Origin: Candidatus Dojkabacteria bacterium
Lineage (GTDB): Bacteria > Patescibacteriota > Dojkabacteria > J137
DNA: 64,000 nt
Assembly (NCBI GenBank): GCA_030950485.1
Contig: JAUZRK010000010.1
Span: 2,043 to 66,042 of the forward strand
Direction of reading: 5' to 3'
The translations under genes and the position numbers were made by a program. Position 1 is the first letter of the stretch. Each line of letters begins with the position of its first letter. Positions 10,190 through 20,412 of this stretch are shown here, one piece after another. The notes under the pieces were generated by a model that had not been told where the DNA came from, did not search any database, and was given only the letters and a program-made list of their open reading frames with translations.

Positions 10190-10792
10190 TTAAGTGATTC
10201 TCGATTTAGACTGAATCTTAAAAGTAACTATATCTGTATTTATCATTTTTAATACTTCTATAAAGTGTCCCTCCTCCTCAAGAGTTTGAGTAATTTTACT
10301 AATGGTTTTAAACGATGCTGTATTTGAATTATGTACGCTGAGAAGTAAGGAGTCAATTTTTTTATCAAGTGTGACTAATGCAATCTTTGTAACGGTATCA
10401 AATAATATATGACCTATACCAAGTCCCCTGATTTCTGGTAAAAGAAATATACTTGCGCTTGAACTTCTAGCTTTATGATCAAAATAAGAAATTCCAAGCA
10501 CCCGACCCTGATATTCAACAGTAAAACACTTCCCACCTAATAGTTCGATTTGATCTAAAGTTGTTAAAAATGATCTTAGAATATCTCTATGTGTTTCGGG
10601 GTTGAAATTAAAGTAATGAAATAGTGCTTCTTGATCTTTCTCTAAGTCTATTTGATTTACAAATTCAAAAAGCAATTCTTTAATTTGTTCTGGAGATTTA
10701 TCTTCAAATGTAATTGAAGTTTCAGTGTATTGTTCAGCTGTAGGTCTATACAATATAGCATAATAGATATATCCCGGAATTATAACAGACAA
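10190..10792 (-). CDS. GNAT family N-acetyltransferase
   Basis: Acetyl-CoA motif IFLLPEIRGLGIG; LSVHNSNTAS. Confidence 0.75.
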   Translation of the reverse strand: MSVIIPGYIYYAILYRPTAEQYTETSITFEDKSPEQIKELLFEFVNQIDLEKDQEALFHYFNFNPETHRDILRSFLTTLDQIELLGGKCFTVEYQGRVLGISYFDHKARSSSASIFLLPEIRGLGIGHILFDTVTKIALVTLDKKIDSLLLSVHNSNTASFKTISKITQTLEEEGHFIEVLKMINTDIVTFKIQSKSRIT

Positions 10793-10820
10793 AAAACAAA
10801 CCTATCTTGACATAAGGGAT

Positions 10821-12041
10821 TTATTCCTTGTTATCTTGATTCATTGCATTTAATTTTGCTTGAAGGTCTGCTTGCGCATTTTCAGAATTAACTAGAGTTT
10901 TCTCTGTATCTTTTTTTGAATCTTCTTTATTCTTATCTCGTAGAAGGAACGCTACTGTTCCAAATGTCATTTGCCTAATAGACAGAGGGATTATAACTAC
11001 TGTCTTAGCTCCAATTATTTTTGCGAGTGGTTTTACTAATTTCTTAGGAACAGGCGGAGATAAGTAGTTTTCTAAATCATCTGTTACTATGATTTTACTT
11101 TGTCTAAACGCTTGTAGCGAGGGTGAATTAGCAAAGTCTTCACTATTTACTTTTATATTAAATTTCTCGCTATAATAATCTCCTATTAATTTTCTTGCAG
11201 CTGCAGCTAGTTTATTTTCTGTTATTGCTTGTATCTGTAACTGACTTCCGTCTGTTGTTAGTGTTGATATTATAGATCCTATTATATATTCATCCTGCGG
11301 GACTGAGTTTACTGCTAGTTCTGCTACTCGTTCTGGTTCTAGGGATTTAGAGATTTCAAGGGCTTGGGTGTAGAGAGCTGTTAGTTCTTTGTTTTGTTTG
11401 GTTAGATTATTTATCTGCTTTTTTCTCTCTTCGAATAATCTAGCATTCTCTATAGAGATACCAATAGCTGTAGCATAAATATTTTTAATACTCTCTTCTT
11501 TTGTAAAATCAAGGTTAGAGCGTTTCCTGGTTAGCATTAAGGCTCCGGTTATTTTTGCTTTGTACCTTATTGGAACTACAATCGCTGCACCTGTTTGAGT
11601 TGTCTTTTGTATTATTCCTACCAGAGTTCTGTTAAGTACTCCAATAGTAAAATCAGATAATTTATCAGAGATATGTGTATTTCCTGTTACTATTGAATCA
11701 ACCACAAAATTATCTTTTTGAGACATTTCAACTTTTAGCTTATCCATGAGGTTATTAGCTCGTAGTAATTTTAGAGCTCGGTCACTATAGCTAGATTTGG
11801 CCATAGACTTAGTATAGACATATTTGCCATCTTCCTCTAAGAGAAAGAGAATACCTCCATGCATTTCAAGTAATTTGACTACAGAATCTATTGCAGTCTG
11901 CAATATAGTATTTAGATCTATATCACTTGCAACGTTTTCTAGTAACTTTGTAATTGCTAAGATATCCTTATCTCCTATATAGCTTAGATTAGGGATATTT
12001 GAAGACTCAGTTTTCTTTTGTTTTTTTAATAGACGGAACAA
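10821..12041 (-). CDS. Tandem GAF-domain sensor protein with no output domain (possibly a truncated sensor kinase)
   Basis: Two GAF repeats (DLNTILQTA...VVPI....ITGALML...AIGISIENARLFE; SLEPERVA...IIPL.....FGTVAF) joined by a coiled coil; ends before any HisKA domain. Confidence 0.75.
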   Translation of the reverse strand: MFRLLKKQKKTESSNIPNLSYIGDKDILAITKLLENVASDIDLNTILQTAIDSVVKLLEMHGGILFLLEEDGKYVYTKSMAKSSYSDRALKLLRANNLMDKLKVEMSQKDNFVVDSIVTGNTHISDKLSDFTIGVLNRTLVGIIQKTTQTGAAIVVPIRYKAKITGALMLTRKRSNLDFTKEESIKNIYATAIGISIENARLFEERKKQINNLTKQNKELTALYTQALEISKSLEPERVAELAVNSVPQDEYIIGSIISTLTTDGSQLQIQAITENKLAAAARKLIGDYYSEKFNIKVNSEDFANSPSLQAFRQSKIIVTDDLENYLSPPVPKKLVKPLAKIIGAKTVVIIPLSIRQMTFGTVAFLLRDKNKEDSKKDTEKTLVNSENAQADLQAKLNAMNQDNKE

Positions 12042-12084
12042 TGTAGTATTATAAATCTAATGTAATCTAATCCTATCAGTTTTC

Positions 12085-12808
12085 ATGGAAGGTTTTAATA
12101 GAGAATTAATAGAAAAAAGCTTAAATGAATTTTTAAAGATCAAGCCTTTTTCGTATGCCGATACAGCTAAAATGAAAATTTTCTTCGACTTATTTATAGA
12201 TATTTATAGGTATGATGACTTATATGATAAATCTGAAAGTCCAGATTTTAAACAAATAAAAGCATATCAGAATGAAATGAAGCATAGATTTATACTGTTA
12301 GAGACTGAGTCATCTTTTTTTGAAAAAGAACTCACAGATTTTTTTTTCTGCACATTTTTCTTTATTTGCAAACAAAATTAATAATTTTAATCAGTATATT
12401 ATTTATTCAAGTAAAACTGTGGGGTACAGGGTCTTATTACTAGCTCTCTTTTCATCTGTAGGTATGGATCTCAACCTAGATAGAATATATAAGTCAAAAA
12501 AATTAAATAGAATTTTTAATTTACAGTCAGAAATATTAAGGATTGAAAATGACTTACTTGACGAAAGTGTAGATAAGGAGAGGTTGTCCAATGAGTCAAA
12601 TCAATTGAAATCAAATTTTTTTCAACAGAATCTGAGGTCAAAAATTGTATTTAAGAAAGTACTGCTAAAATTAAATTTTTATTGTGCTTATTTGGAATTT
12701 AATATATTTAAAAGCTCATCTCTTCTTATAGCATTAGATATAAGTCATAAATTTTTTTGTTGGGGAGATAAACTTCAAACCAAAAATAGATTAAGTGGCA
12801 GAATATAA
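12085..12808 (+). pseudogene. Class I isoprenoid-synthase/terpene-cyclase-like protein split at a T9 run (12339-12347)
   Basis: DDLYD (DDxxD) in the first ORF; Y..YS.KTVG and RIENDLLDESVD (ND/DDxxD-like) in the second; T8 would fuse them. Confidence 0.5.
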
Positions 12809-12902
12809 GTATACTTCCAGTTTTAAATATAAAGTATTCCTATTTTAATATAATTATTTCATTTAGCTCAATCCTATCTCAGTGATTATACTACAATAAT
12901 AT

Positions 12903-13768
12903 ATGAATGATATATTAATACCTGAGGAAATCAAAAACACCGAACAATCTATTGAAGCTAATTCCCCTGAATCTATGATGATTTCCCTCGGATATGAAAT
13001 AATTGAAACTGATAAGTCTAACTTTGAAAACTTTACAACTAATACTAAACCTTTCTTTCGCTATGATGAAGAAATAGAATACGTTGATGATTATGAGTTA
13101 AATGCAGATTCTATAGAATACAAGTCAGTATATCTCTTAAGAGGAGGTGATGGCCTATCTTACTATGGGATTATTCAAACTAATGATGGTGTTTTAATAT
13201 TAGAGACTGAAGAAAGTGAGATATTTGGTAATCCTGTTTTTCCAGGCGCATTTTTAAAGTCTAATTCTCTTAGAGTAAAATCGTTTCTTATAAACAATGG
13301 CCAAAATATGTATTTTGATCTAATGAACTTAAAAGCAACTCATGATTATCCGTTAGTAGTTCATTTCATACCTACAAATATTGGTTCGCATTTAATTCTA
13401 AATGATAAAAAAGTTTTAGAGCTTGTTATTGGACCGTATAAAAAAATTGGAGAGGTAATATAGCTAGATATATATTCTTACATGAATTTGGTCACTATAT
13501 TGCTTATCTATCACTACAGAGAAAGGGTGCAATTGATGAAAGATCGGCTAACGCTGTTCTATTAAATATTGTACGAAATATCAATAAAATAAATCCTGGC
13601 TTTTTTAATATAGAAGAAGTAATGGAGTTCATTAATGGCCAACTTTCAGCTTGTCAGAATGACTATGCTGAAGATAATGCTCAAAATGCAACTCTAGAAG
13701 AAGAATTAGCTTCTAATGGATTCACACGTGAGAAAAGAAGGGAGATATATACTAGGTATACTAATTGA
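12903..13768 (+). pseudogene. Protein with a C-terminal HExxH zinc-metallopeptidase motif, frameshifted at an A7 run (13440-13446)
   Basis: Adding one A gives ...PYKKNWRGNIARYIFLHEFGHYIAY...DERSANA..., open to TGA at 13768. Confidence 0.6.
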
Positions 13769-13776
13769 TTTAGCTT

Positions 13777-14552
13777 CTACTCACTTTCTTGTATTAAAAT
13801 AGTTTTTAGAACACTTTCAATTTCCTTAACAACCCCTTCTACCATCTGAATCTCTGAAACATCTACTTCTTCGACATATCTAGCCAATGAAAAAACAAAC
13901 ACACCAATTACTTCAATATCGGATCTCACAGGTATGGCTAAAAAAGATTTCACACCTGAGAATTTTTTGTAAATGTTTACCTGTAATTTATTAAGCGGAG
14001 GGGCTACAAAATTATCTAGATCATTACTGAATACCGTCTTATTTTCTAAAATTGCTATTTGAGTTAAGTTATCTCCTTTAATTGGAATTTCAATGAATGA
14101 ACTTTTGGTAATTATTGATTTTTTAAGTGCAAGTCTTGGGATTTTAGATTCTGAAATATACATTAACTGTGCAATATTTTGTTTAAGATCTGCTCTTGAT
14201 AAAGACGAGCCAACAAAGCCAGCAACAAGGTCTAATTTATTTAAGATTTTAATTGCTAATGTGTCTAATAAAACTTTTGCTTCATCAGAGATGAATTGAT
14301 TTCTTAAGAGGGTAGATATACTTTCCTGTCTTTTACTTTTTATATTTAGCTCTATATCAAATAAGTTTGCAGTTTCTATGGCTTTGAGATCTAATTCTTT
14401 TGCTACAGTAAGCAAAGTCTCCTTCGTAGGATTAACCTTCCCATTCTCAATCCTAGAAATCATCCCAGGGCTACCATCAATCCGCATTTCAAGCTCCAAC
14501 TGAGACAATCCAGATCGCTTTCTGAAATTTTTTATTTTCTCTCCAAGAGTAT
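13777..14552 (-). CDS. XRE-family HTH + GAF one-component regulator; ATG appears to have lost its G, alternative TTG at 14508
   Basis: TLGEKIKNFRKRSGLSQLELEMRIDGSPGMISRIENGKVNPTKETL; GAF with FLAIPV....VIGVFVF. Confidence 0.8.
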
Positions 14553-14554
14553 TA

Positions 14555-15342
14555 CTAATCCGTATAAATTAACTTTTTAATATTTCCAGATAAACTCTCC
14601 ATATCTCTTAAAATATTCTTAAATAGGTTTGCTCGAGTAATGGCTAAAGCAATCTGACTATTTAACTCCATTAACAAATCAATCTCCTAATCTCTAAACC
14701 TCTCATCATTTCTCTTTGTATAAAACACCGCCCCAATCATTTCATCTCCTTTAAGCATAGGAATAGATATTCCAACTTTAAACCCAAGAATTTTCTCGAT
14801 CATCTTACTCCCAACCGTGCTTACAGCGCCTTCTGTAAATTCGGATAAGGAATTAGACTGTATAACTTTATTATTTAATATCGATTGTACAACTAGATTT
14901 TTACTATCGATATCCATAGCAATATTAAGCTCATTAACTTTTTGAGGTACATACTTCAATGCTTTTTCTATTTTTGGAATCATTGAAACTGTCTGGCTCC
15001 AGAGTCTATTATCTTCAACTTTGAAAATTATACTCCCGTTATAGTTTGGGAAAATATTGTACATATTATCTACTGCAAGCTGAAGAGTGGTATCTAAATC
15101 AAAGCTCTTTGAAATTTCTTTAATTGATTTTATATAGTCTATAAATGAGGGCAACTCTAGGTCCAAGAGAGTAGCAATTTCGCTATTTTAGAGATACTTG
15201 ATATTGTCTCCTTCGTAGGATTAACCTTCCCATTCTCAATTCTAGAAATCATCCCAGGACTACCATCAATCCGCATCTCAAGATCTAACTGAGACAAACC
15301 AGCTCGTTTTCTAAAATTTTTAATTTTCTCCCCTAAAGTCAT
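14555..15342 (-). pseudogene. XRE-family HTH + GAF regulator paralog with a linker frameshift (~15185) and an in-frame TAG (14687-14689)
   Basis: MTLGEKIKNFRKRAGLSQ HTH; GAF; reading through the TAG gives EIDLLMELNSQIALAITRANLF, the typical GAF terminal helix, ending at TAG 14555. Confidence 0.75.
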
Positions 15343-15401
15343 AGGAGGTCTATAATAGGCATATAATTATATCTTAAAAGTCACAATTCGTGGACACTTT
15401 T

Positions 15402-15734
15402 CTACTCCAACTCCTCATTTATAACCCAATCAACAACAATGACAAACTCATTTAAAAAAGCATTAAGAGCTCTCTTACTTTCCGCATCATCAACCTCCTT
15501 ATCAACTGTAAATATATACGGTACAGCCTTTCCAAATTCATTAATATGATCATCTCCGAAATCTAAAGCTACATTAGATATGCTGTTATTCCTACTAATG
15601 TTTGAATTATAAAATTCTCTAACATTTTTAGGCATTTTAGAGTATATCTCTTCCCAAAATGATTCAATAGCATTAACAGTATATCCAAGTCTAAATTTTT
15701 GTAAATCAATAAACGATACTTCTTTATATTTCAT
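15402..15734 (-). CDS. Hypothetical protein, about 110 aa
   Basis: Open frame, likely start MKYKEVSF; upstream of and codirectional with the XRE-GAF pair. Confidence 0.55.
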   Translation of the reverse strand: MKYKEVSFIDLQKFRLGYTVNAIESFWEEIYSKMPKNVREFYNSNISRNNSISNVALDFGDDHINEFGKAVPYIFTVDKEVDDAESKRALNAFLNEFVIVVDWVINEELE

Positions 15735-15994
15735 AAAAAATTTAAATAAAAAGTTAAGTTTATTATTTATAACAAAAGATTTTGATAATGACATTGTATT
15801 ATGGCGCAAATTTATGGTGTTTTTCTAAAACAAGATTTATCACAGAAATTTCATCAAATTGACCAGTTAGATATTAGAAATCAATCTATACTTTCTAATT
15901 TATCTCATAGTCGTAAGAATAAGAGATACAGATACAGTAAACTTTACATCTATAGCAAAATAAGATAATATAAAGCAATAATTAATAAAAAATT

Positions 15995-17725
15995 ATGAAA
16001 AATCTCAAAATACAACTATGGGTTCTATTACTAGTAATAGGCTTTTTTGCCCTAGTAACAATTTGGTATTCATCAGAAAAAAAGAACAAAGATGAGGTAA
16101 AAGACGAAAATACTGTATTAATTACAGAAGAAGCTGGAAATGTAGAATACATAACGTATCTTCTCGACGATACAGAATCTAAACTAAATGAAATCTCGAA
16201 ACTTATAGAAACTAAAAATAATCCCAAGTTTTCATTAATACAAAAAGTCTCTGCCCAAGATCTTGGATTAACAACAGAGCAAAATGAAATATTAAATATA
16301 GTAAATGAGATCGATTTTAACTTATCAGAAATTCAATTAATTATAAATAATTACGATCAAGACCTAGATACATTATTAAAACTTCTAGAACAAAGATTGA
16401 CAGAAATAGAAAATCAATATCAAATAATTGTAGATGAAAATAGTAGTGAAGACGTAATACTAGTTAAATTAGTAGGCGAATCAATTAATGAGTTAGATGA
16501 AGACATTTTAGAAAATTCTGAGAAAACTACAGATACAAAACTAGCTATTGAAATTATTGAGAATAAGTTAAGAAAACAGTCAATGAAATATGAGGCTCTA
16601 TTACAAATTAGGCTAATACAAATAGGAAATGCAGCTACAGAAAATGATTCATATATAGATATAGCTTTAGCAGAAGCTGCCGGGATTTTAGAAGAAATCA
16701 GGATTAATATAGCTTCTTCAAATATCGAGTTAGCTTACACTAACCTAAGAGAATTTACTTATAAACTAGATACAATAGAAGATGAATTAGAATCAGTATC
16801 ATTCGAAAACACTGATGAAGTACCAGTCGAGCTACAAAGACTAGAAGCAATTGAAAAACTTCAAAGTGCATTAAATAAAATTGAAAAGGCAGAAAAAGTT
16901 TTAAATGAGGAGTTACTTTTAGATGAGGTTAGTAATGAAGTTAATTCATTATTACAAACGGCTAATAATCTTAGAGCTGAAGCAAATTTGGAATTTGAGA
17001 ATGGGAACTACTTAGAATCGATAACTTTATCTAGAAATTCAATCGATCAATCTAAACTAGCAACAAAAATTGCTAAAGATAAAGATAATCAAGAATTAGA
17101 TGAGATGTTGAAAGAGATTAATGAAAAACTTGAAGAAGTTAGGCTTCTTCTTTTAGAGTTAGATTCATACACTGGAGATTCAAAACATGTTTCTAATTTA
17201 GAATCAAGAGCAGTAGAATTTTCATCTCAGGCTGAAAGTGCATTAAATACAGGTAATTATTCTCTTGCTGAAAATGCGGTAAGAAATGCGAAGAATTTTG
17301 CAGAAGAAGCAATTGATGCAATAGACGAAGATGAAGATAGTGAGAAAAGAAAAAATGATATAGAAGATAGATTAAAAGAAATAGATAGTAAAATTATTGA
17401 AAGAGAAGTAAACAAAGCAAATGAAAATCAAATTGAAAATAAAAATAGGGAAGAGAAAGCAAATGAAATAAACGATTTACAAGACGACTCTAAAGAAGAT
17501 GAAGTTGAAAATGAAGAAGAAATAGAGATTGAAGATGAACAAGAAATTTAGGAAGAAAGAGAAGCTGAAGTTAATAAAGAAGAAATGAATAAGGAAAAAA
17601 GAGAAGATAATAAGAGAGACGAATCTAAAGGTAGAGAAGATCAAGAAGAGGACGACGAAAAAGTCTTAGGAATTAGGGATTCAGTTAGTATAGACTACAT
17701 ATGGAAAGTATTGAGCGCTTATTAA
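15995..17725 (+). CDS. Membrane-anchored acidic coiled-coil protein; in-frame TAG at 17549-17551, with the frame continuing to 17725
   Basis: N-terminal TM, helical repeats; after the TAG: EEREAEVNKEE...EKVLGIRDS...Y*. Confidence 0.6.
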
Positions 17726-17748
17726 TAACTTCAAGATAACACAACGTG

Positions 17749-17788
17749 GTGGTCGTCAGATATGCGACTACGGATGGTGAGCCGTGCA
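17749..17788. repeat. REP-like palindromic repeat, family R2 (GTGGTCGTCAGATATGCGAC...)
   Basis: 35/40 identical to 39741-39780. Confidence 0.8.
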
Positions 17789-17801
17789 CGCGGATTGATT
17801 A

Positions 17802-18542
17802 TTACACTTTAATCATCGTTCTCTCAATCTCCAAGGCAAGTGCTGTAGTATTACAAGCCCGCCCTAAATCCCTTGCTAGAGTCCTAACATACGAGCCACT
17901 AGACACTGCTGCTTTAAATTTAAGCACTTTAAATGATACATTGGGATTATTAACTAAAAGATCACTCCATTGTTTTATTATTTCATCTTGCCTGAAATCC
18001 CCATCAACTTTTTTAATATTCGAATTAATATACTTTACTAATGTTTCAATTTTAATTTCTTCTTCATTTATAAGATCAAGGCTATAAATAGAAACTCCTT
18101 TTTCAGGAATTTCTATTTCATCTAATCGACCACTCTTAGCCCACCAAAACATAGGTTTTCCATCTACAGCTTTAGAAGAGTAGATTGGATACTGCTGAAA
18201 GTATTTTCCAACGAATTCCTTAAATTTTAACTTTATACACTCTGCCTTTTTAAATGATTCATTAATATCAGTTTTAGTTATAATTCCCATTGGATCGTAA
18301 GTATCTGTTTCAACTCCTACTAAAACTCTAAAAACATATTCTTTATCAAGTCCTTGATAGTGATCTCGATTCTTACATTCATCTCCTACTAAGACTAACA
18401 ATTCACCATGTGCTAAAGGATCTAAGCGTCCAGCATAAGCCATTTTTACATCTTTATATTCAGGATTAGAATCTCTAAACTTATTCATTGCCTGTAAAGG
18501 CGTATCCCCGATAATTTTATTAATTTTTATAGTTTTCTCCAC
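17802..18542 (-). CDS. truB: tRNA pseudouridine(55) synthase TruB (short form)
   Basis: AGRLDP, K.Y, G.ETDTYD, P.YSS..V.GK, VSSGSYVRTLARDLG. Confidence 0.88.
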   Translation of the reverse strand: MEKTIKINKIIGDTPLQAMNKFRDSNPEYKDVKMAYAGRLDPLAHGELLVLVGDECKNRDHYQGLDKEYVFRVLVGVETDTYDPMGIITKTDINESFKKAECIKLKFKEFVGKYFQQYPIYSSKAVDGKPMFWWAKSGRLDEIEIPEKGVSIYSLDLINEEEIKIETLVKYINSNIKKVDGDFRQDEIIKQWSDLLVNNPNVSFKVLKFKAAVSSGSYVRTLARDLGRACNTTALALEIERTMIKV

Positions 18543-18544
18543 AG

Positions 18545-20356
18545 CTAAAATCGATTTCTCTTTAAAGTAAAAATTTTTCTAATTACAAAGACTGAAGTTA
18601 GAAAAGACATCAGTAAAAAGAATCCGAAGGTTACTAAAACCTTTCTATCATGCTTGAATTCTAGAATATATTTATTTGAAACTAATATATTTTCATCAAC
18701 GTTCTCTTCTTTTAAAACTAAATTTACATTTACATCTTTACTACCAGCTTCCCAGAATTCAATTAATCTAAACCCTGAGGATTCTAAGACATTATCACTA
18801 AAAGGTAAAAGAATAGGTTTCAATGATTTATTATAAATAAAAGTATCTATTTGAGAAGCATTATTAAATTTTATATCTTCAAATAACAAGACTTTATCAC
18901 TACTATTAAATACTGAAAGCTTTGGGTAAAAAGATAATCCAGATACTAAATCATCTTGAACGAATAGCTTATCTAATGAGATTGACCTTTCTTTACTAGG
19001 TATCTGAAGGTTTACTGCTTGAGTTAAGTTTTGTAAATTATTATTACTTCCTAATAGACCTAATGCATTGTTGTGATCAAGACTTGGATGCCAAGTCCCA
19101 AATTCAATCTTATCAAAATCATTTTCAATTCCGAAGAAATCTAAATCTAGTTTGAAACTTAAATAAGTATCAATTATAAAATTCTCTTCTTCATTTTGAA
19201 ACTGGCACCAAAAGTGAGGTGACCCACTAAACTTTGGTAGAGAAGAGTATCCATAAATAATTCTAGACTTATAACCAAGTACTTCAGCATAAGCTGTATA
19301 AATATAGCAAAATTCAAATGAATTAAATGATCCATTAAGATTTTTATCCCAAATTGTGTCTTCAATTTCTTCTAAAGACAAAATGTTTGATTCATCAAGA
19401 TTACTTCTTGTTAAAAATAATTGATCTAAAGCTTTTAGCTTTTGATTGTCAGTACCAAAATTATTAGTAGTACTAAGAATTTCTTTTCCAAGTTCTGAAC
19501 TACTATTGAATTTAAAGTTATATTTATCATTCTTTATAATTGGAAGACTTGCAAAGAATTTATGAATTCTAGCATTAAAACCTACACTGACTTGATCTTT
19601 AGTATTACCAACTAAATATAAGTTATCTAAATCATCTGAAACACCATTATTAGTTCCAAAAACTGAGCTATATTCTACACTGCTAGATCTTGTATCTCTT
19701 GGCAGGCTAAATAAATAAGAAGAACTCTCATTTGAAGCTTCAGGCTTAAATAAACTTGAAACATCTAAGCTATATTCATTTCCCCACGATAATAAAGTTA
19801 AGTCATTTAAACTTGTTTCGATCTCACCATTATTATTTGTAGTAACAGAATTACCACTTGATGAGATGTATGAAGCTTCTCCAAGGCTAAGTGGATAAGT
19901 TAATTTAAGGTTACTAGTTGAGCTTTGGCCGCTAAAGCCACCATATACAATCATGTACTTTATTCCACCAAACTCGTTGATTAAGTTACTTGCATTGATA
20001 CTTATTCTTACAAGTTTTTGCTGGTTGATTTTTATTGGATCATTTGAAAAATCAATTTCTATTTTTGAAGATTTCCCAATTGTTGTGACTTTATTAGTAA
20101 TAGCAGTCCCATCTATAAAAGATGTAACTGCATTTATATTAGCAAAAGGAAGCACAATTTCTTGACCTCTTATAACCTTAGTTTTATCAGTATTCTTAAT
20201 TGAGAAAGTAACATTTATATCTGCTGTAAGATCTTCTCGTAGATTTATTTCCATTAAATAATCTACTATTTTATTGTCTGATGCTGATACAGACTTAGCT
20301 GTAAAAATAACAACGAGACAAATTGAAAGTGTAATTGCTATGAAATTCTTTATCAT
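18545..20356 (-). CDS. Transglutaminase-like domain surface protein with a C-terminal TM
   Basis: Signal peptide; FEF...Y...LG..SRIIYGY...PHFW.Q....IID motif; C-terminal TM and basic tail. Confidence 0.6.
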   Translation of the reverse strand: MIKNFIAITLSICLVVIFTAKSVSASDNKIVDYLMEINLREDLTADINVTFSIKNTDKTKVIRGQEIVLPFANINAVTSFIDGTAITNKVTTIGKSSKIEIDFSNDPIKINQQKLVRISINASNLINEFGGIKYMIVYGGFSGQSSTSNLKLTYPLSLGEASYISSSGNSVTTNNNGEIETSLNDLTLLSWGNEYSLDVSSLFKPEASNESSSYLFSLPRDTRSSSVEYSSVFGTNNGVSDDLDNLYLVGNTKDQVSVGFNARIHKFFASLPIIKNDKYNFKFNSSSELGKEILSTTNNFGTDNQKLKALDQLFLTRSNLDESNILSLEEIEDTIWDKNLNGSFNSFEFCYIYTAYAEVLGYKSRIIYGYSSLPKFSGSPHFWCQFQNEEENFIIDTYLSFKLDLDFFGIENDFDKIEFGTWHPSLDHNNALGLLGSNNNLQNLTQAVNLQIPSKERSISLDKLFVQDDLVSGLSFYPKLSVFNSSDKVLLFEDIKFNNASQIDTFIYNKSLKPILLPFSDNVLESSGFRLIEFWEAGSKDVNVNLVLKEENVDENILVSNKYILEFKHDRKVLVTFGFFLLMSFLTSVFVIRKIFTLKRNRF

Positions 20357-20412
20357 TACTATTTATTGCTGAATAAAGCTATAATACTAATGCATTATAA
20401 AGTAAATTAAGA

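Noticed and set aside
14417-15339. Diversity-generating retroelement TR/VR pair
   Set aside because: Differences between the HTH copies are mostly synonymous and not adenine-specific, and no reverse transcriptase lies in the window
12903-15809. Replication origin or terminus from local compositional change
   Set aside because: Composition mostly follows coding-strand orientation; no DnaA-box cluster or dif site was recognised
17746-18087. ORF antisense to truB and similar shadow ORFs (e.g. 1233, 1289, 9104, 28334, 31451, 45703, 52036)
   Set aside because: They lie opposite or inside well-supported genes and have antisense-like composition
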